Shown: positions 51,283 through 61,441 of the stretch, in pieces | Numbering within the stretch: position 1 is the first letter of the stretch | How the letters are laid out: the number at the start of each line of letters is the position of its first letter | Assembly (NCBI GenBank): GCA_963803145.1 | Contig: CAWDLW010000011.1 | Span: 20,861 to 84,860 of the forward strand | Direction: 5' to 3' | Length of the DNA: 64,000 nucleotides | Source: Methanotrichaceae archaeon | Lineage (GTDB): Archaea > Halobacteriota > Methanosarcinia > Methanotrichales > Methanotrichaceae | The notes under the pieces: model-generated | The model's input: the letters and a program-made list of their open reading frames with translations, nothing else | Told to the model about the DNA's origin: nothing | The model's database searches: none | Position numbers and translations under genes: made by a program

Positions 51283-52938
51283 CTACTCGAAGTCCCCTCC
51301 GCCCATGCCACCCATGCCGCCGGGCATTCCGCCAGGCATGCCACCGGGCGGCATGCCTCCCGGTCCAGATTTGGATGCGATGACATCATCTATCCTGAGG
51401 ATCATGACCGCGGCCTCGGCTGCGGAGTTGATGGCCTGAGTCTTAACTCTAAGTGGCTCGACGACTCCTTGCTTCAGCATATCCACTGGCTTGCCGGTAT
51501 CCATGTCCAGGCCTGCGCTCTTCATGCCTTTCTCATGGGCGCTTCTAAGCGCGACAAGTGTGTCGATTTGATCAAGGCCTGCGTTCTCCGCCAGAGTCTT
51601 GGGTATAATCTCCATAGCATCTGCGAAGGATTCTATGGCCAGCTGCTCACGTCCGCCCACTGTGGAAGCGTAGGCTCGAAGCCTGAGAGCCAGCTCTACC
51701 TCGGGAGCGCCGCCTCCGGCAACCAGCATCTTGTCCTCAACAGCGACGCCAACGACTCTCAGTGCGTCCTCCATTGCCCTTGCCAGCTCATCCACCACGT
51801 GTTCTGTTCCGCCGCGAAGGATTATGGAGACTGCCTTGGGGTTCAAGCATTCTTCGACGAAGGTCATCTTCTCATCGCTGACCTTCCTCTCCTCGACTAT
51901 GCAGGACTTGCCGAGATCATCCTTTGTCAGCTCATGGATGCTGGTGACGATCCTGCCGCCCGTTGCACGAGCCAGCTTCTCCATATCGCTCTTCTTAACA
52001 CGGCGCACTGTATAGATTCCGGCCTTTGCCAGGAAGTGCTGTGCCAGATCATCTATGCCCTTCTGGGCGAAGACCACATTGGCTCCTGAAGCCACGATCC
52101 TATCGACCATGTCCTTGAGCATGGTCTCCTCCTGGTCCAGGAAAGCCTGAAGCTGGTCAGGGGAGGTGATCTGAATCTTGGCATCGATCTCGGTCTTCTC
52201 TATCTCTATAGGTGCATTGAGCAGAGCGATCTTGGCGTCGGTGACCTTCTTTGGCATGTTGGGGTGGAGCCTATCCTTATCGATAACCACTCCGCTCACA
52301 AGCATGGAGTCGGTTATGCCGCCCCCGACCTTCTTCTCCACAGTGATATTATCGGTATCGACAGTCCCGTCTTCGTCTACTACGGACTTGACTGCGTTAA
52401 CGGCCATCACAGACAGCTCATTTCGGGCGGATTGAGAGCCCTTGCCGGTCATGGCAGTGGTTGCGATCTTCTGGAGAAGATCTTCGTCTTTTGTGGAGAC
52501 GCTTACTGCTAAGGCCTTGAGAATCTCCATGGACTTGTCAGCTGCTGCTCTGTAGCCTGCAGCTATGACTGTTGGATGGATCTCTTGATCCAGAAGATTC
52601 TCGGCCTGCTTGAGAAGCTCTCCTGCCAGGACCACGGCTGTGGTCGTCCCATCCCCTACCTCCTGGTCCTGGGTCTTGGCGATCTCAACCATCATCTTGG
52701 CCGCAGGATGCTCAATATCCATCTCTTTGAGTATAGTGACGCCGTCGTTGGTGATCACAACGTCGCCCATGGTATCTACAAGCATCTTATCCATGCCCTT
52801 GGGGCCAAGAGTTGTCCTGACTGCGCCTGCAACTGCCTTCGCAGCCATGATATTCGATCTCTGTGCATCTCGTCCAGCAGTCCTCTGACTGCCTTCTCTG
52901 AGTATGTATATAGGTGTTCCACTAAATTGTCCAGCCAT
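51283..52938 (-). CDS. thsA: Thermosome (group II chaperonin) subunit
   Basis: [21 protein letters not shown] and a GGM-rich tail. Confidence 0.95.
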   Translation of the reverse strand: MAGQFSGTPIYILREGSQRTAGRDAQRSNIMAAKAVAGAVRTTLGPKGMDKMLVDTMGDVVITNDGVTILKEMDIEHPAAKMMVEIAKTQDQEVGDGTTTAVVLAGELLKQAENLLDQEIHPTVIAAGYRAAADKSMEILKALAVSVSTKDEDLLQKIATTAMTGKGSQSARNELSVMAVNAVKSVVDEDGTVDTDNITVEKKVGGGITDSMLVSGVVIDKDRLHPNMPKKVTDAKIALLNAPIEIEKTEIDAKIQITSPDQLQAFLDQEETMLKDMVDRIVASGANVVFAQKGIDDLAQHFLAKAGIYTVRRVKKSDMEKLARATGGRIVTSIHELTKDDLGKSCIVEERKVSDEKMTFVEECLNPKAVSIILRGGTEHVVDELARAMEDALRVVGVAVEDKMLVAGGGAPEVELALRLRAYASTVGGREQLAIESFADAMEIIPKTLAENAGLDQIDTLVALRSAHEKGMKSAGLDMDTGKPVDMLKQGVVEPLRVKTQAINSAAEAAVMILRIDDVIASKSGPGGMPPGGMPGGMPGGMGGMGGGDFE

Positions 52939-53682
52939 TTATTACCTCAATAATGACATCTATCAAACATTTACTCGTTGTTTGAGGTTCTATATATAAT
53001 GCATGCCTATGGGTTCTGTTGCATATGGTGGTGTTGAGTAATGCTGTTGCATGAAGGGGTGTTTACTGGTAAGTACTCCTAAAGGCGTGTTACTGGGGAG
53101 TTAGACACTTTGGAATAATAATGTGTGAGTTCTCCTCCAGGATTCTACATGCAAAAGAAATATGTGCTCAAGACCCAATTGCGTGGTCGATAATTGATGG
53201 ACCGAAAAAAGATTGCCTTTGTAATGGTTGTAATGATGATGCCTTTTATTGCATCATATCTTCTTTTCACAAAAGGGGTCCTCTCCATGTCTGAGCTTGG
53301 CCTAGCGATCGTGGGTGGCCTTTTTACATTAGCAGGCGTTATTCTATATTTATTATTATGGGATGATATACATCGGTGGTGGGAGGGACGGAAATCGCGA
53401 GAACCTGTCCAGGATGTGGCGCGCATAGATTCACCAAAATCTGAAAAACTTGAGCAGGAATTAACATTGTTGATCAACCCATTATATGCCAAGCTTAACA
53501 GGGATCGGGAAATTATTGACCTCATGACTACATTCATAACCGCAAGACCTTGGAGATATCGGCATGATGATCCAAAAACATCTGAACTTGAGAAGCTAGA
53601 AGCCGATATTAAAGAACTGATGCGACAATATGGGTATTTGTCTGAGCCAATATATGGCGAAATTCAAACCTTCTTTAGATTA

Positions 53683-54765
53683 TAGTCATTCTCCCAACTT
53701 TTTACCTTATAAACTGCTTTATCCAAGACTTAGAGTATCCATCTTTATTGGAATAAAATATTTGTAAAGCGCAATCTTGGGCATCCTCAATAGCTTCATC
53801 AAAATCAGTATATTTTGATATCTCTCTTTTAAAATCCTTCCAACCGAACTCTATAGGATTTAAATCAGGGGAATATGGCACGTTATATATTAAATGGATA
53901 TCAAGTTCGTGGGCTAATGCCCTAAACTTCTTAGCTAGATGTATTCTAGCATTATCTAGGACAATACATATTGGTCTCATAATATTGTTACTTCTCAATT
54001 TTTGGGCGAAGATCATTAAATCTTCTTTCTTGGATGAGTGAGAGACCATAACTTCATCATTTCCATTCAATGCAATGAACCCAAAAACAGTTCTAGACCT
54101 AACTTTTCCAGGTTGATAATTTAGCATATGGGTGTTTAAAACCCTGCGTGTATTAGGTCGCTGTTGCAAAGAGCTTTCATCAAGGAATCCAATAATAGGT
54201 TCTTTGACTGTTGTTATTACTGAATCTATCCTTTTTTTAGAAAACTTTCTGCATTAACAGGCCTCTTATTATTTCTAATATATGGTTTACCATATTTGAC
54301 TTTCTTTATTGATCTTAAAATCTTCCAACCACCTTTATACGAATATTCTACGCCTCTTGTGTCTTTTGCATATTTTATTACCTCTTTTATAGTCATTCCT
54401 TTGTCCTCAATCTCTTCGATAATTTTATCCCATTCATCAAAAGATATCATTGGTTCTTTGCCGTTTCTATTCTGTGGTATCAATCCATCATATCCTTGTT
54501 TGTTCCAATCGCTTAGCCAATTCTTTATTGTCTTTTCACTTCGTTTAAGAATATCAGCTACTATATATACATTCTTTCCTTCGTATAAATGTATTATCGC
54601 TAGTAGCCGTTCTTTAATTCTTATGTTTCTCTCATCTTTATACAATTGATCTAATTCTACCTTCGAGATATGTCTTACAATTACAGGTTTCCTGCCCATG
54701 AACGGCTATATCGTATATTAATTATTTAAGGGTATCTATGAGGTAAAAATTACGTGGATTAACTA
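53683..54765 (-). mobile_element. IS630-family insertion sequence
   Basis: Imperfect terminal repeats TAGTCATTC / TAGTTAATC and a TA duplication at 53681-53682 and 54766-54767. Confidence 0.88.
53702..54699 (-). CDS. IS630 transposase (OrfA 54226-54699 fused to OrfB by -1 frameshift)
   Basis: HTH OrfA ends FLKKG at A7G (54231-54238). The -1 frame reads KRIDS...GFLDES, LDNARIH, YSPDLNPIE. Confidence 0.88.
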
Positions 54766-54899
54766 TAAATCCAGAATATAAGCAAGAGAATGGTTGGGAG
54801 GCCAAAAAGATCCTTTGGAAAATTAATAGGCTATTGAAGAATCGACAAGACGATCTTATAAATGAATTGAAAAAGTCGAAGAATAAACCGAGTTAGGGT

Positions 54900-55215
54900 C
54901 TTCCCCTCATTGTGCTTTTCTGAAGCAACCCTAACCACTTATTCTCTCCTTCCAATTCCAACGTTCGCCATTTCCGCGGGCGTCTTGCCATTCAATGCCT
55001 GATGTGGCCGAACGAAGTTATAATAGATCTGGTTCATAGATATTACTGGAGTCTCATCGACCTTTAGCCCTCTGGTAACCTTCTCCCTTTCCCTAATAGC
55101 GTCATGCATTCTCTCTAAAACGTTGTTTAGGCTCGCCTGCAAAGCCGCATCAGCTATATTCTTGCACGACTGGTGACGATCATAGAACTCCTTGTTAAAC
55201 GCACTCTAATAGGAA
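54900..55215 (-). pseudogene. IS6-like DDE transposase C-terminal remnant
   Basis: NNVLERMHDAIREREKVTRGLK, YYNFVRPHQALNGKTPAEMA. Confidence 0.7.
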
Positions 55216-55328
55216 GCGGCAATGAAGGCGTGGATCTATTTTAAATCATAAATATAAACAGGAACTTCCGGAGACCATAAGTTTAATACCCTTTAACTTT
55301 ATATTAACCGAGTTAAGGAGTTGTTACT

Positions 55329-55460
55329 ATAGCGAAGAAAACGGTAGATATAAAGCAATCAGCTTATCAGAGTGCTAAAGCTAAAAAGAAAGCCAGTCAT
55401 GACAAAGACAAACCGGTGAAAGCGCCAGAAACTGAGACCAAAACTGAGACCAAAAAATAG
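55329..55460 (+). CDS. Small Lys-rich protein, 43 aa, possible ATA start
   Basis: AAGGAG RBS, open frame (I)AKKTVDIKQSAYQSAKAKKK...ETETKTETKK and a T-rich tract after the stop. Confidence 0.35.
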   Translation: MAKKTVDIKQSAYQSAKAKKKASHDKDKPVKAPETETKTETKK

Positions 55461-55676
55461 TTCATTTACCTAATTTTTTTATCAATTATCTAAATTTTAC
55501 GGAGCACAGTGTGCCTGTACTCAAACCGTCAGGCTGGATGTATGTTTCCCAATCGTATAATCCACATTTTCAGTAGTTCTTCATCTAGTAGGCCACTAAG
55601 CAAAAGTATTAGTAGCCAGAGGACATTATATCAGCGCGCAAAACTTATTTTTGTTTTTCGCTAAGGACGTGAAGAA

Positions 55677-55907
55677 ATGTTTAGAAGTGAGGAAAGTTAT
55701 TCCTCTATGCAGAGTTCTGCACCCCCCGTTCCCGTGACGGTTGGCGCCGAATATGATGCCACAATTGAAGATACCGCTCGTGAAGGGGATGGAATAGCTA
55801 GAGTTGAGGGCTTTGTAATCTTTGTACCGGAAACCCAAGTAGGGGATCAGGTCAGGATTCAGATCGACCGTATTATGCGCCGCTTCGCTATAGGCCACAA
55901 GGTCTAA
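55677..55907 (+). CDS. Single TRAM-domain protein
   Basis: PVTVGAEYDATIED.AREGDGIARVEGFVIFVP. Confidence 0.92.
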   Translation: MFRSEESYSSMQSSAPPVPVTVGAEYDATIEDTAREGDGIARVEGFVIFVPETQVGDQVRIQIDRIMRRFAIGHKV

Positions 55908-56171
55908 GTAAGCGAACTCAATGATGCAAACGTAACAGCAAGGCTGTTTAAACGAGAGACTGGTTCATAGAACCAGATCTTTCCTGTTTGGATAAATCAT
56001 TTTAGACATCTTCTATATCGAAGAGTTGTCATGAGCCAATATTTACCGTAGCCGAAATGCTAACTCTCAATATCTCTGATTTAGAGAAATCTCTAAACAT
56101 GTCCATCAAGACAATATCCAGCCAGCAGCTGTTTTTCAGATAGGTATTAATGGTATAAAGAAAAATAAGTA

Positions 56172-56438
56172 ATGAAATTCAAAAAGATTTTGGTGATAAA
56201 TACGTCTACATCTGGAGAGAGCGTTCAGATTCTTGAGGAGAGGATCAAGGAGCTGATAGAGCGGCTCAGGACATCGGATGAGAAGCTGAAAGCATCCCAA
56301 GAACAAAAGCTCAGGATATCTGAGGAGAAGGTCAAGGTCTTGCAAAATAAGATCAAGCAATTGAATAAGCATATCGATGAACTGGAGGGCGAGCTGGATA
56401 CCTGCCTCCACACATCAGGGCAGATGCCTGTTGAGTGA
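56172..56438 (+). CDS. Small coiled-coil protein
   Basis: Heptad-rich 88-aa ORF. Confidence 0.5.
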   Translation: MKFKKILVINTSTSGESVQILEERIKELIERLRTSDEKLKASQEQKLRISEEKVKVLQNKIKQLNKHIDELEGELDTCLHTSGQMPVE

Positions 56439-56578
56439 TCTGAGATGTATGCTTTGGATTTGTTGGCTGATAGCCTCAAAAATGGTTGCTGTAATGGGTT
56501 TTGGTTAGAGCACAAAAGCCATCTATGCTCATATGAAAGCGAGCTGGCCGGGCATAGCTCACATGGCAGGAGGACAAT

Positions 56579-56731
56579 GTGAGCCAAAAGAAGGGTGCTA
56601 AGGGTATGCCCAGCCACGGGCCAGGCAAGCACGATCCCTCGAAGCCGGTGAAGAGCAATCAAAGGGATCATAGTTTTGACAAAAAGTCAAGCAACAGGAA
56701 ATACGAGGGACCCCGGAAGACTAGGCCTTGA
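56579..56731 (+). CDS. Small basic protein, 50 aa, absent from the ORF track
   Basis: AGGAGG RBS, GTG start, MSQKKGAKGMPSHGPGKHDPSKP...GPRKTRP. Confidence 0.45.
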   Translation: MSQKKGAKGMPSHGPGKHDPSKPVKSNQRDHSFDKKSSNRKYEGPRKTRP

Positions 56732-56905
56732 AAAGGTATAGCAGGGGATCAATAAGGGTAATGAGGTCTATAGCGGATTGTTCCTAATTTCCTCATTTCC
56801 CTACCATCGATTGTAATCCTGCAATTGTTTTATAGGTACAGGCAAGCTGAAGCCAAAAGTGCATTAATCCCCCAGTTCCTGGCCAGTTTTCTCCTGACAT
56901 TAAGT

Positions 56906-58801
56906 CTATCCTTCAATATCTCGAAACATCATACGCATCTCATAGACCCCCTCATCGCTTCTCTTTTCTGTATCAAATCCCATATTTTTAAAAAGGTTGA
57001 GCATCGCCTCATTCTCAACTAAAACTTCAGCAGTAAATCCGAGCAACCCTCGCCTCATGGCCAGATGAGTAAGATAAGAAAGCAGTTCGTAGCCTACGCC
57101 TATTTTTTGATGCTCATCTTTTACCACAAGCGCAACCTCTGCTGTATGCGTACCCTTGTTCATATCATACTGCCCAATCCCGACGATGGTTTCTTTGTTA
57201 TCTCCCTTTAAAACAGCCAGGATCATCATGCGGCTAGAGTAATCCACCACTCCGAACTCCTGCAGCCTTTCATGTGGCATATCCATTCTTGAAGACATGA
57301 ACCTCCTGTACATGCTGTCATTAGAAAGATCATAGAAGAAGTCCTTCATCAATGGCTCATCTCCGATCTTCACTGGTCTCAGGAGAATATTGAGTCCGCC
57401 TTTGGTTGTCCTGAATGTCTCCAGAGCCACAGGATATACTCCTTTCATTCCGGGTACGAACGCCTGGTCTTTGTAGATGAGCAAACGCTTCTTGGCCTCT
57501 TCAATTAGCCATGGCCTGAATTTTGGATGGGCTATGGCAATCAGATCCATAGCGCGTTCCCTGATATTTTTGCCATGGAGGTATGCTATACCATACTCAG
57601 TTACTACATAGTGGACATCCCCTCTGGTCAGTGTCACTCCAGTACCCTCCTGAAGAGATGGCACTATCCTTGAAATGGTGTCATTGACGGCAGTAGAAGG
57701 AAGGGCCAGTATACTCTTGCCGCCAGGTGCAAGCACGGCTCCTCTCATGAAATCTGCCTGGCCGCCGATACCGAAATAGAATGTCCCGCTCAGTGACTCT
57801 GCAGTAGACTGGCCCGTCAAATCTATCTCTATGGCGCTGTTGATTGCCGTCATCAACTTATTCTTGGCAATAATCAATGGGTTGTTTACATAATCGATGG
57901 TCTTGAACTCGATAGTTGGATTCTCATCCAGTAACTCGTAAGTCTCCTTTTTGCCCATGCAATAAGAAGCTACAGTCTTGCCCATGTCGATGGATTTATT
58001 GGTGTTATCCACCACGCCCCTCTTCACGAGGTCTATGATGCCATCGCTTAAGAGCTCAGTATGAATCCCAAGATGCTTTTTCTCGCCCAAGTAGGAGACC
58101 GCAGCATTAGGTACGATGCCGTATCCAACCTGTATAGTAGATCCATCCTCAATGATTTGGGCGACATACATGCCTATCGCCTTGATGATTTCCCCCGGGT
58201 CTTCTACAGTATACTCTAGCAAAGGTTCGTCGTGAGGAATAATAAAATCTACATCTTTTATATTTATGAACCCGTCACCCTGGGTGCGAGGCATATCGGA
58301 GTTTATCTGGGCTACGATCAATGATGCCTTCTGGGTCGCAGCCTTTACGATATCTACGCTTATCCCCAGACTCATATAGCCGTGTTTATCCGGAGGCGAA
58401 GTCTGGATCAGTGCCACGTCTATTGGTATTATCTCCCTTCTGAAAAGGCCGGGAACGGCAGAAAGGGATATGGGTGTGTAGTCTGCAGCGCCTCTATTGA
58501 TCGCATTTCTTTCGCCTTCGCCAATGAAGAATGAGTCGATCCGGAAGTTATCACGGAATTTTTCATCTATATATGGAGCGGCACCAAGAGTCCATACATG
58601 TATTAGCTCGACACCGAAAAAGGCTTTGGGATTGCTGCTGACGAAGTTTACGAGGGCCTGAACTAAGTACTGGGGTTCGCCGCAGCCAGTGCCTATGAAA
58701 ATCTTATCGCCAGGATGTATATGGCTGAATATCTCTTCATTCGATGCAAATTTTTCTGGCCATGTCTTCTTCAGATCCCCTAAGAGATTGCTTCTTTCCA
58801 T
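56906..58801 (-). CDS. Acetyl-CoA hydrolase/transferase fused to a C-terminal GNAT domain
   Basis: PPDKHGYMSLG, GIHTE, GIGGQADF, VVTEYG; C-terminal SMYRRF and AEVALVV...QKIGVG. Confidence 0.9.
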   Translation of the reverse strand: MERSNLLGDLKKTWPEKFASNEEIFSHIHPGDKIFIGTGCGEPQYLVQALVNFVSSNPKAFFGVELIHVWTLGAAPYIDEKFRDNFRIDSFFIGEGERNAINRGAADYTPISLSAVPGLFRREIIPIDVALIQTSPPDKHGYMSLGISVDIVKAATQKASLIVAQINSDMPRTQGDGFINIKDVDFIIPHDEPLLEYTVEDPGEIIKAIGMYVAQIIEDGSTIQVGYGIVPNAAVSYLGEKKHLGIHTELLSDGIIDLVKRGVVDNTNKSIDMGKTVASYCMGKKETYELLDENPTIEFKTIDYVNNPLIIAKNKLMTAINSAIEIDLTGQSTAESLSGTFYFGIGGQADFMRGAVLAPGGKSILALPSTAVNDTISRIVPSLQEGTGVTLTRGDVHYVVTEYGIAYLHGKNIRERAMDLIAIAHPKFRPWLIEEAKKRLLIYKDQAFVPGMKGVYPVALETFRTTKGGLNILLRPVKIGDEPLMKDFFYDLSNDSMYRRFMSSRMDMPHERLQEFGVVDYSSRMMILAVLKGDNKETIVGIGQYDMNKGTHTAEVALVVKDEHQKIGVGYELLSYLTHLAMRRGLLGFTAEVLVENEAMLNLFKNMGFDTEKRSDEGVYEMRMMFRDIEG

Positions 58802-58885
58802 TGTTTCCCCTTGACATTCACTTAGCAGATAACAGGGCTAAATACCTTGAGGCCATAATCTCAGAAGAAAAAATATCTTCAGTAT

Positions 58886-59161
58886 TCAAATTACCTGCCC
58901 AAGACGGTGTGCTTCGTTAAATTCAATATGCAAACTTTCGATATCCCCCAGGCTATAGTATGCGGGATGAGTTACTCTGTCCGTTAAGAGAAGAAAAAGG
59001 TGTGCTGCTTCGGAGTAGTCGAGATAATAGCTATGTAAAGCCCCAATGATATGCTCTGATCTATTTGTTAACTTTACAGATATTGGTTTATCTTGGTTTT
59101 GAATGCAAAACTGGCGGATAGTATCTAAGCTGCCGTTTTTGTACCAACATTTAACCTTCAT
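58886..59161 (-). CDS. Hypothetical protein
   Basis: 91-aa ORF with no recognised motif. Confidence 0.4.
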   Translation of the reverse strand: MKVKCWYKNGSLDTIRQFCIQNQDKPISVKLTNRSEHIIGALHSYYLDYSEAAHLFLLLTDRVTHPAYYSLGDIESLHIEFNEAHRLGQVI

Positions 59162-59740
59162 TTTATTCCATATGTGATAGGATCTATATACCCATGTTGC
59201 TTGGGCCGCCCGGGAAAAAGCAATAAAGAATTTAATTCATGATGCCCGCCAGATCATTGATAAGATGTAGGCGCTAGCGGACTTGAGCTAACGCATTTTC
59301 TTCGCTCTGAAGAAGATCGGCCTCTAGAGCTTGACTATACAAAATCGGTAAACAACGGTCTATTGCCGCTATTTCATCGGCCGCAGCTGCAATAAGCTCC
59401 AAAAGCTCTTTGCGCCGTGATATGGCCATATCTAAATTGTTTTCCATGCTTGCCTGTAACAATGTCGCTTAAAATCGACACCGAAATATTAACCCAATCA
59501 AGGAAGCAGGGAGGATATGAACCTATCGCCCTTAAGTCCATCGAGAAGATACTTGATTTAATGATACCTCGCATAGATATGGGCATTCTCATATTGGCCA
59601 TATCATCGGTTTTATAAATTTCACGAGGTTGCTTGATGCCTTCCATCTCCTAACATTTGCGAGATGCCCACAGATCAATCTATATAGCCGAATGCTATCT
59701 TTCTCAAAGACAAAGGATGATATAGTTGGGATAACATCAG

Positions 59741-60055
59741 GTGGATATGTGTAAACGCTTTTATGGGCGTGATGGTTGTATCACTACAGAAAGAACTAAT
59801 GCAGGGATTAATGAGAGCGTATCTTTTTCAATCGATTCTTGGGTGATTTTTAACTATAGTTCTGATGTCTGGCGAGGCACCGCGAAGGCGAGACATATAA
59901 CCTCTTTGGGGAATGGAGAAGGGACCTTCCGGCGGCCTGGCGGAGAATACAATGGCAAAATAGTAATTGAAAGTGTATATTCAGATGGAGTGCATGATGC
60001 GGCTGAGATACATTTTAGCGGAAAAGGCAAACTGGGACATATCTCCCTCGTTTGA
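59741..60055 (+). CDS. Hypothetical protein
   Basis: 104-aa ORF with AGGTG RBS and a T-rich tract after the stop. Confidence 0.45.
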   Translation: MDMCKRFYGRDGCITTERTNAGINESVSFSIDSWVIFNYSSDVWRGTAKARHITSLGNGEGTFRRPGGEYNGKIVIESVYSDGVHDAAEIHFSGKGKLGHISLV

Positions 60056-60254
60056 TCTTTTTCTTCTGGACTTCGCGAATTTTCCTAGAGTTGCGTTATC
60101 TAATTAGCAGCTTGAAATTAAGGCCAAATGATTAGATTCATTGCAGCATCTCGTTTTTTCATTTTCTTTGTTGGGATCTTTCAAGTAAAGGTTCCAAATT
60201 TGCGAGGCTCTGATCATAAACTATTTGTATCCATAACAGACAAACATAGTATTT

Positions 60255-60728
60255 GCCGCGTTTTGCGCTGTTCGACGAGGGTTAATCCACCGGCAGGGCT
60301 CTCAAGGCTTGGAATTCGATAGGCGGATCTTTCGCTGATCTGCTGAGGAATGGCGAAAAGCCTGAGAGGTGCAACGCTCATGAGGGCGTTAGCATCCGGT
60401 GAATATTGGGGAGAAGCTGAGACCTACCGGTCAGAGATGTGCACGCCTTAACTGGCGTAGCATGCCTTCATTCAGCTATACCTGGAGTCCTCGTTTTGTG
60501 CGGGACGCGGCACTAGCCGAGGCAAAGGCGGGCGCAGGCTCTGCATCTTAAAGGTGTCGAGCTCCTGTAAAACGGACGCTGTGCTAAATACCAGCTAGAT
60601 ACCGGTGCTGTGCTGCCTTGGAGCCAAGGTTGAACATCGAGGCTCTGGGCGGGAAAACCGGCCTACACTACGGTGATAGGCTCCTGTTAAGGACGCTGTG
60701 GATCGGCGTTGGTCCGCCCTTGGCTCGA
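60255..60728 (+). ncRNA. Candidate structured ncRNA of unknown class, copy B (~474 nt)
   Basis: 15-bp helix 60254-60268/60498-60512 with G-U pairs, many hairpins, and colinear homology to 6475-6807. Confidence 0.6.
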
Positions 60729-60890
60729 TTACCCATCCTCTAATTATCTCAAGCATAAGGGCAAGCCAGGAGATTTCATTAGGCCCCTTTACGATAACTC
60801 TATGGTATTAAGCAATCTTTAAAAAAGTCATAGTGCCATGCTGAAGGGCGCAACCATAGCCCCTCAGTTATGACAGCATAAGCATAGACC

Positions 60891-61085
60891 TTATACTTTT
60901 TCTACTTTCTCTGCCTTGGGGCCCCTCTCGCCCTCTACTACCTCGAAGCTGACCTTGTCACCCTCATCGATAGAAACCCCAGGCTTCAAACCTGAAGCGT
61001 GAACAAAATAATCTTTTCCGTCATCGCCAGCGATGAATCCAAAACTCTTAACTCTGTTGAAAAACTTTACTGTTCCATTTACCAT
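60891..61085 (-). CDS. cspA: Cold-shock domain protein
   Basis: GTVKFFN.VKSFGFI, DYFVHAS, GERGPKA. Confidence 0.92.
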   Translation of the reverse strand: MVNGTVKFFNRVKSFGFIAGDDGKDYFVHASGLKPGVSIDEGDKVSFEVVEGERGPKAEKVEKV

Positions 61086-61441
61086 TTTAGTTCCTCAGTT
61101 AGACGTAGGTATAGCTTTTCTCTATATAACTCTATTTGTAACCTTTATTTCAACATTTCGGCAATTCGTATTTGAGCGCGAAAAAATGCTGAAAAACGAA
61201 GATCGACTATACCTCCAGACCATCACGCTTGACCTGTCAGCTTTCCAGGATGTCTAGGTATAATGCTGAGGTAGAATATCCAGATTCCTTTGCTAGCTGC
61301 TCAAAAAGTTCCCTTTGCGCAGGGAGCGGGTATATATGTGAAGATACCTACTATTATCTGGCGTGCCTTTAACCGGGCCGGAACGTCGGCCCAAAAAGTA
61401 TTAAGGCTTATTAAAAGCAAGGCACAAGGTGAGAATATTAT

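Larger units (their letters stand above)
53194..54896 (+). pseudogene. Two-TM hypothetical membrane protein interrupted by IS630
   Basis: Excising the IS and one TA joins ...FFRL to NPEYKQ...KPS* (54768-54896) in frame, giving about 205 aa. Confidence 0.7.

Noticed and set aside
51295-51365. Short repeats near the thermosome 3' end
   Set aside because: They encode the normal GGM/GGMP chaperonin tail.
55429-55454. 12-bp tandem repeat AAACTGAGACCA
   Set aside because: Two copies only, in frame within a small ORF (ETKT).
60128-60322. 64-aa ORF overlapping the start of ncRNA copy B
   Set aside because: No motif, and no counterpart at copy A; probably spurious.
60255-60728. RNase P, SRP RNA, tRNA or group I/II intron identity for the ncRNA candidate
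   Set aside because: No GAGGAA-GUCC P4 signature, no SRP helix 8 motif, no cloverleaf, no GUGYG start or domain V, and no group I P7 motifs seen by eye.
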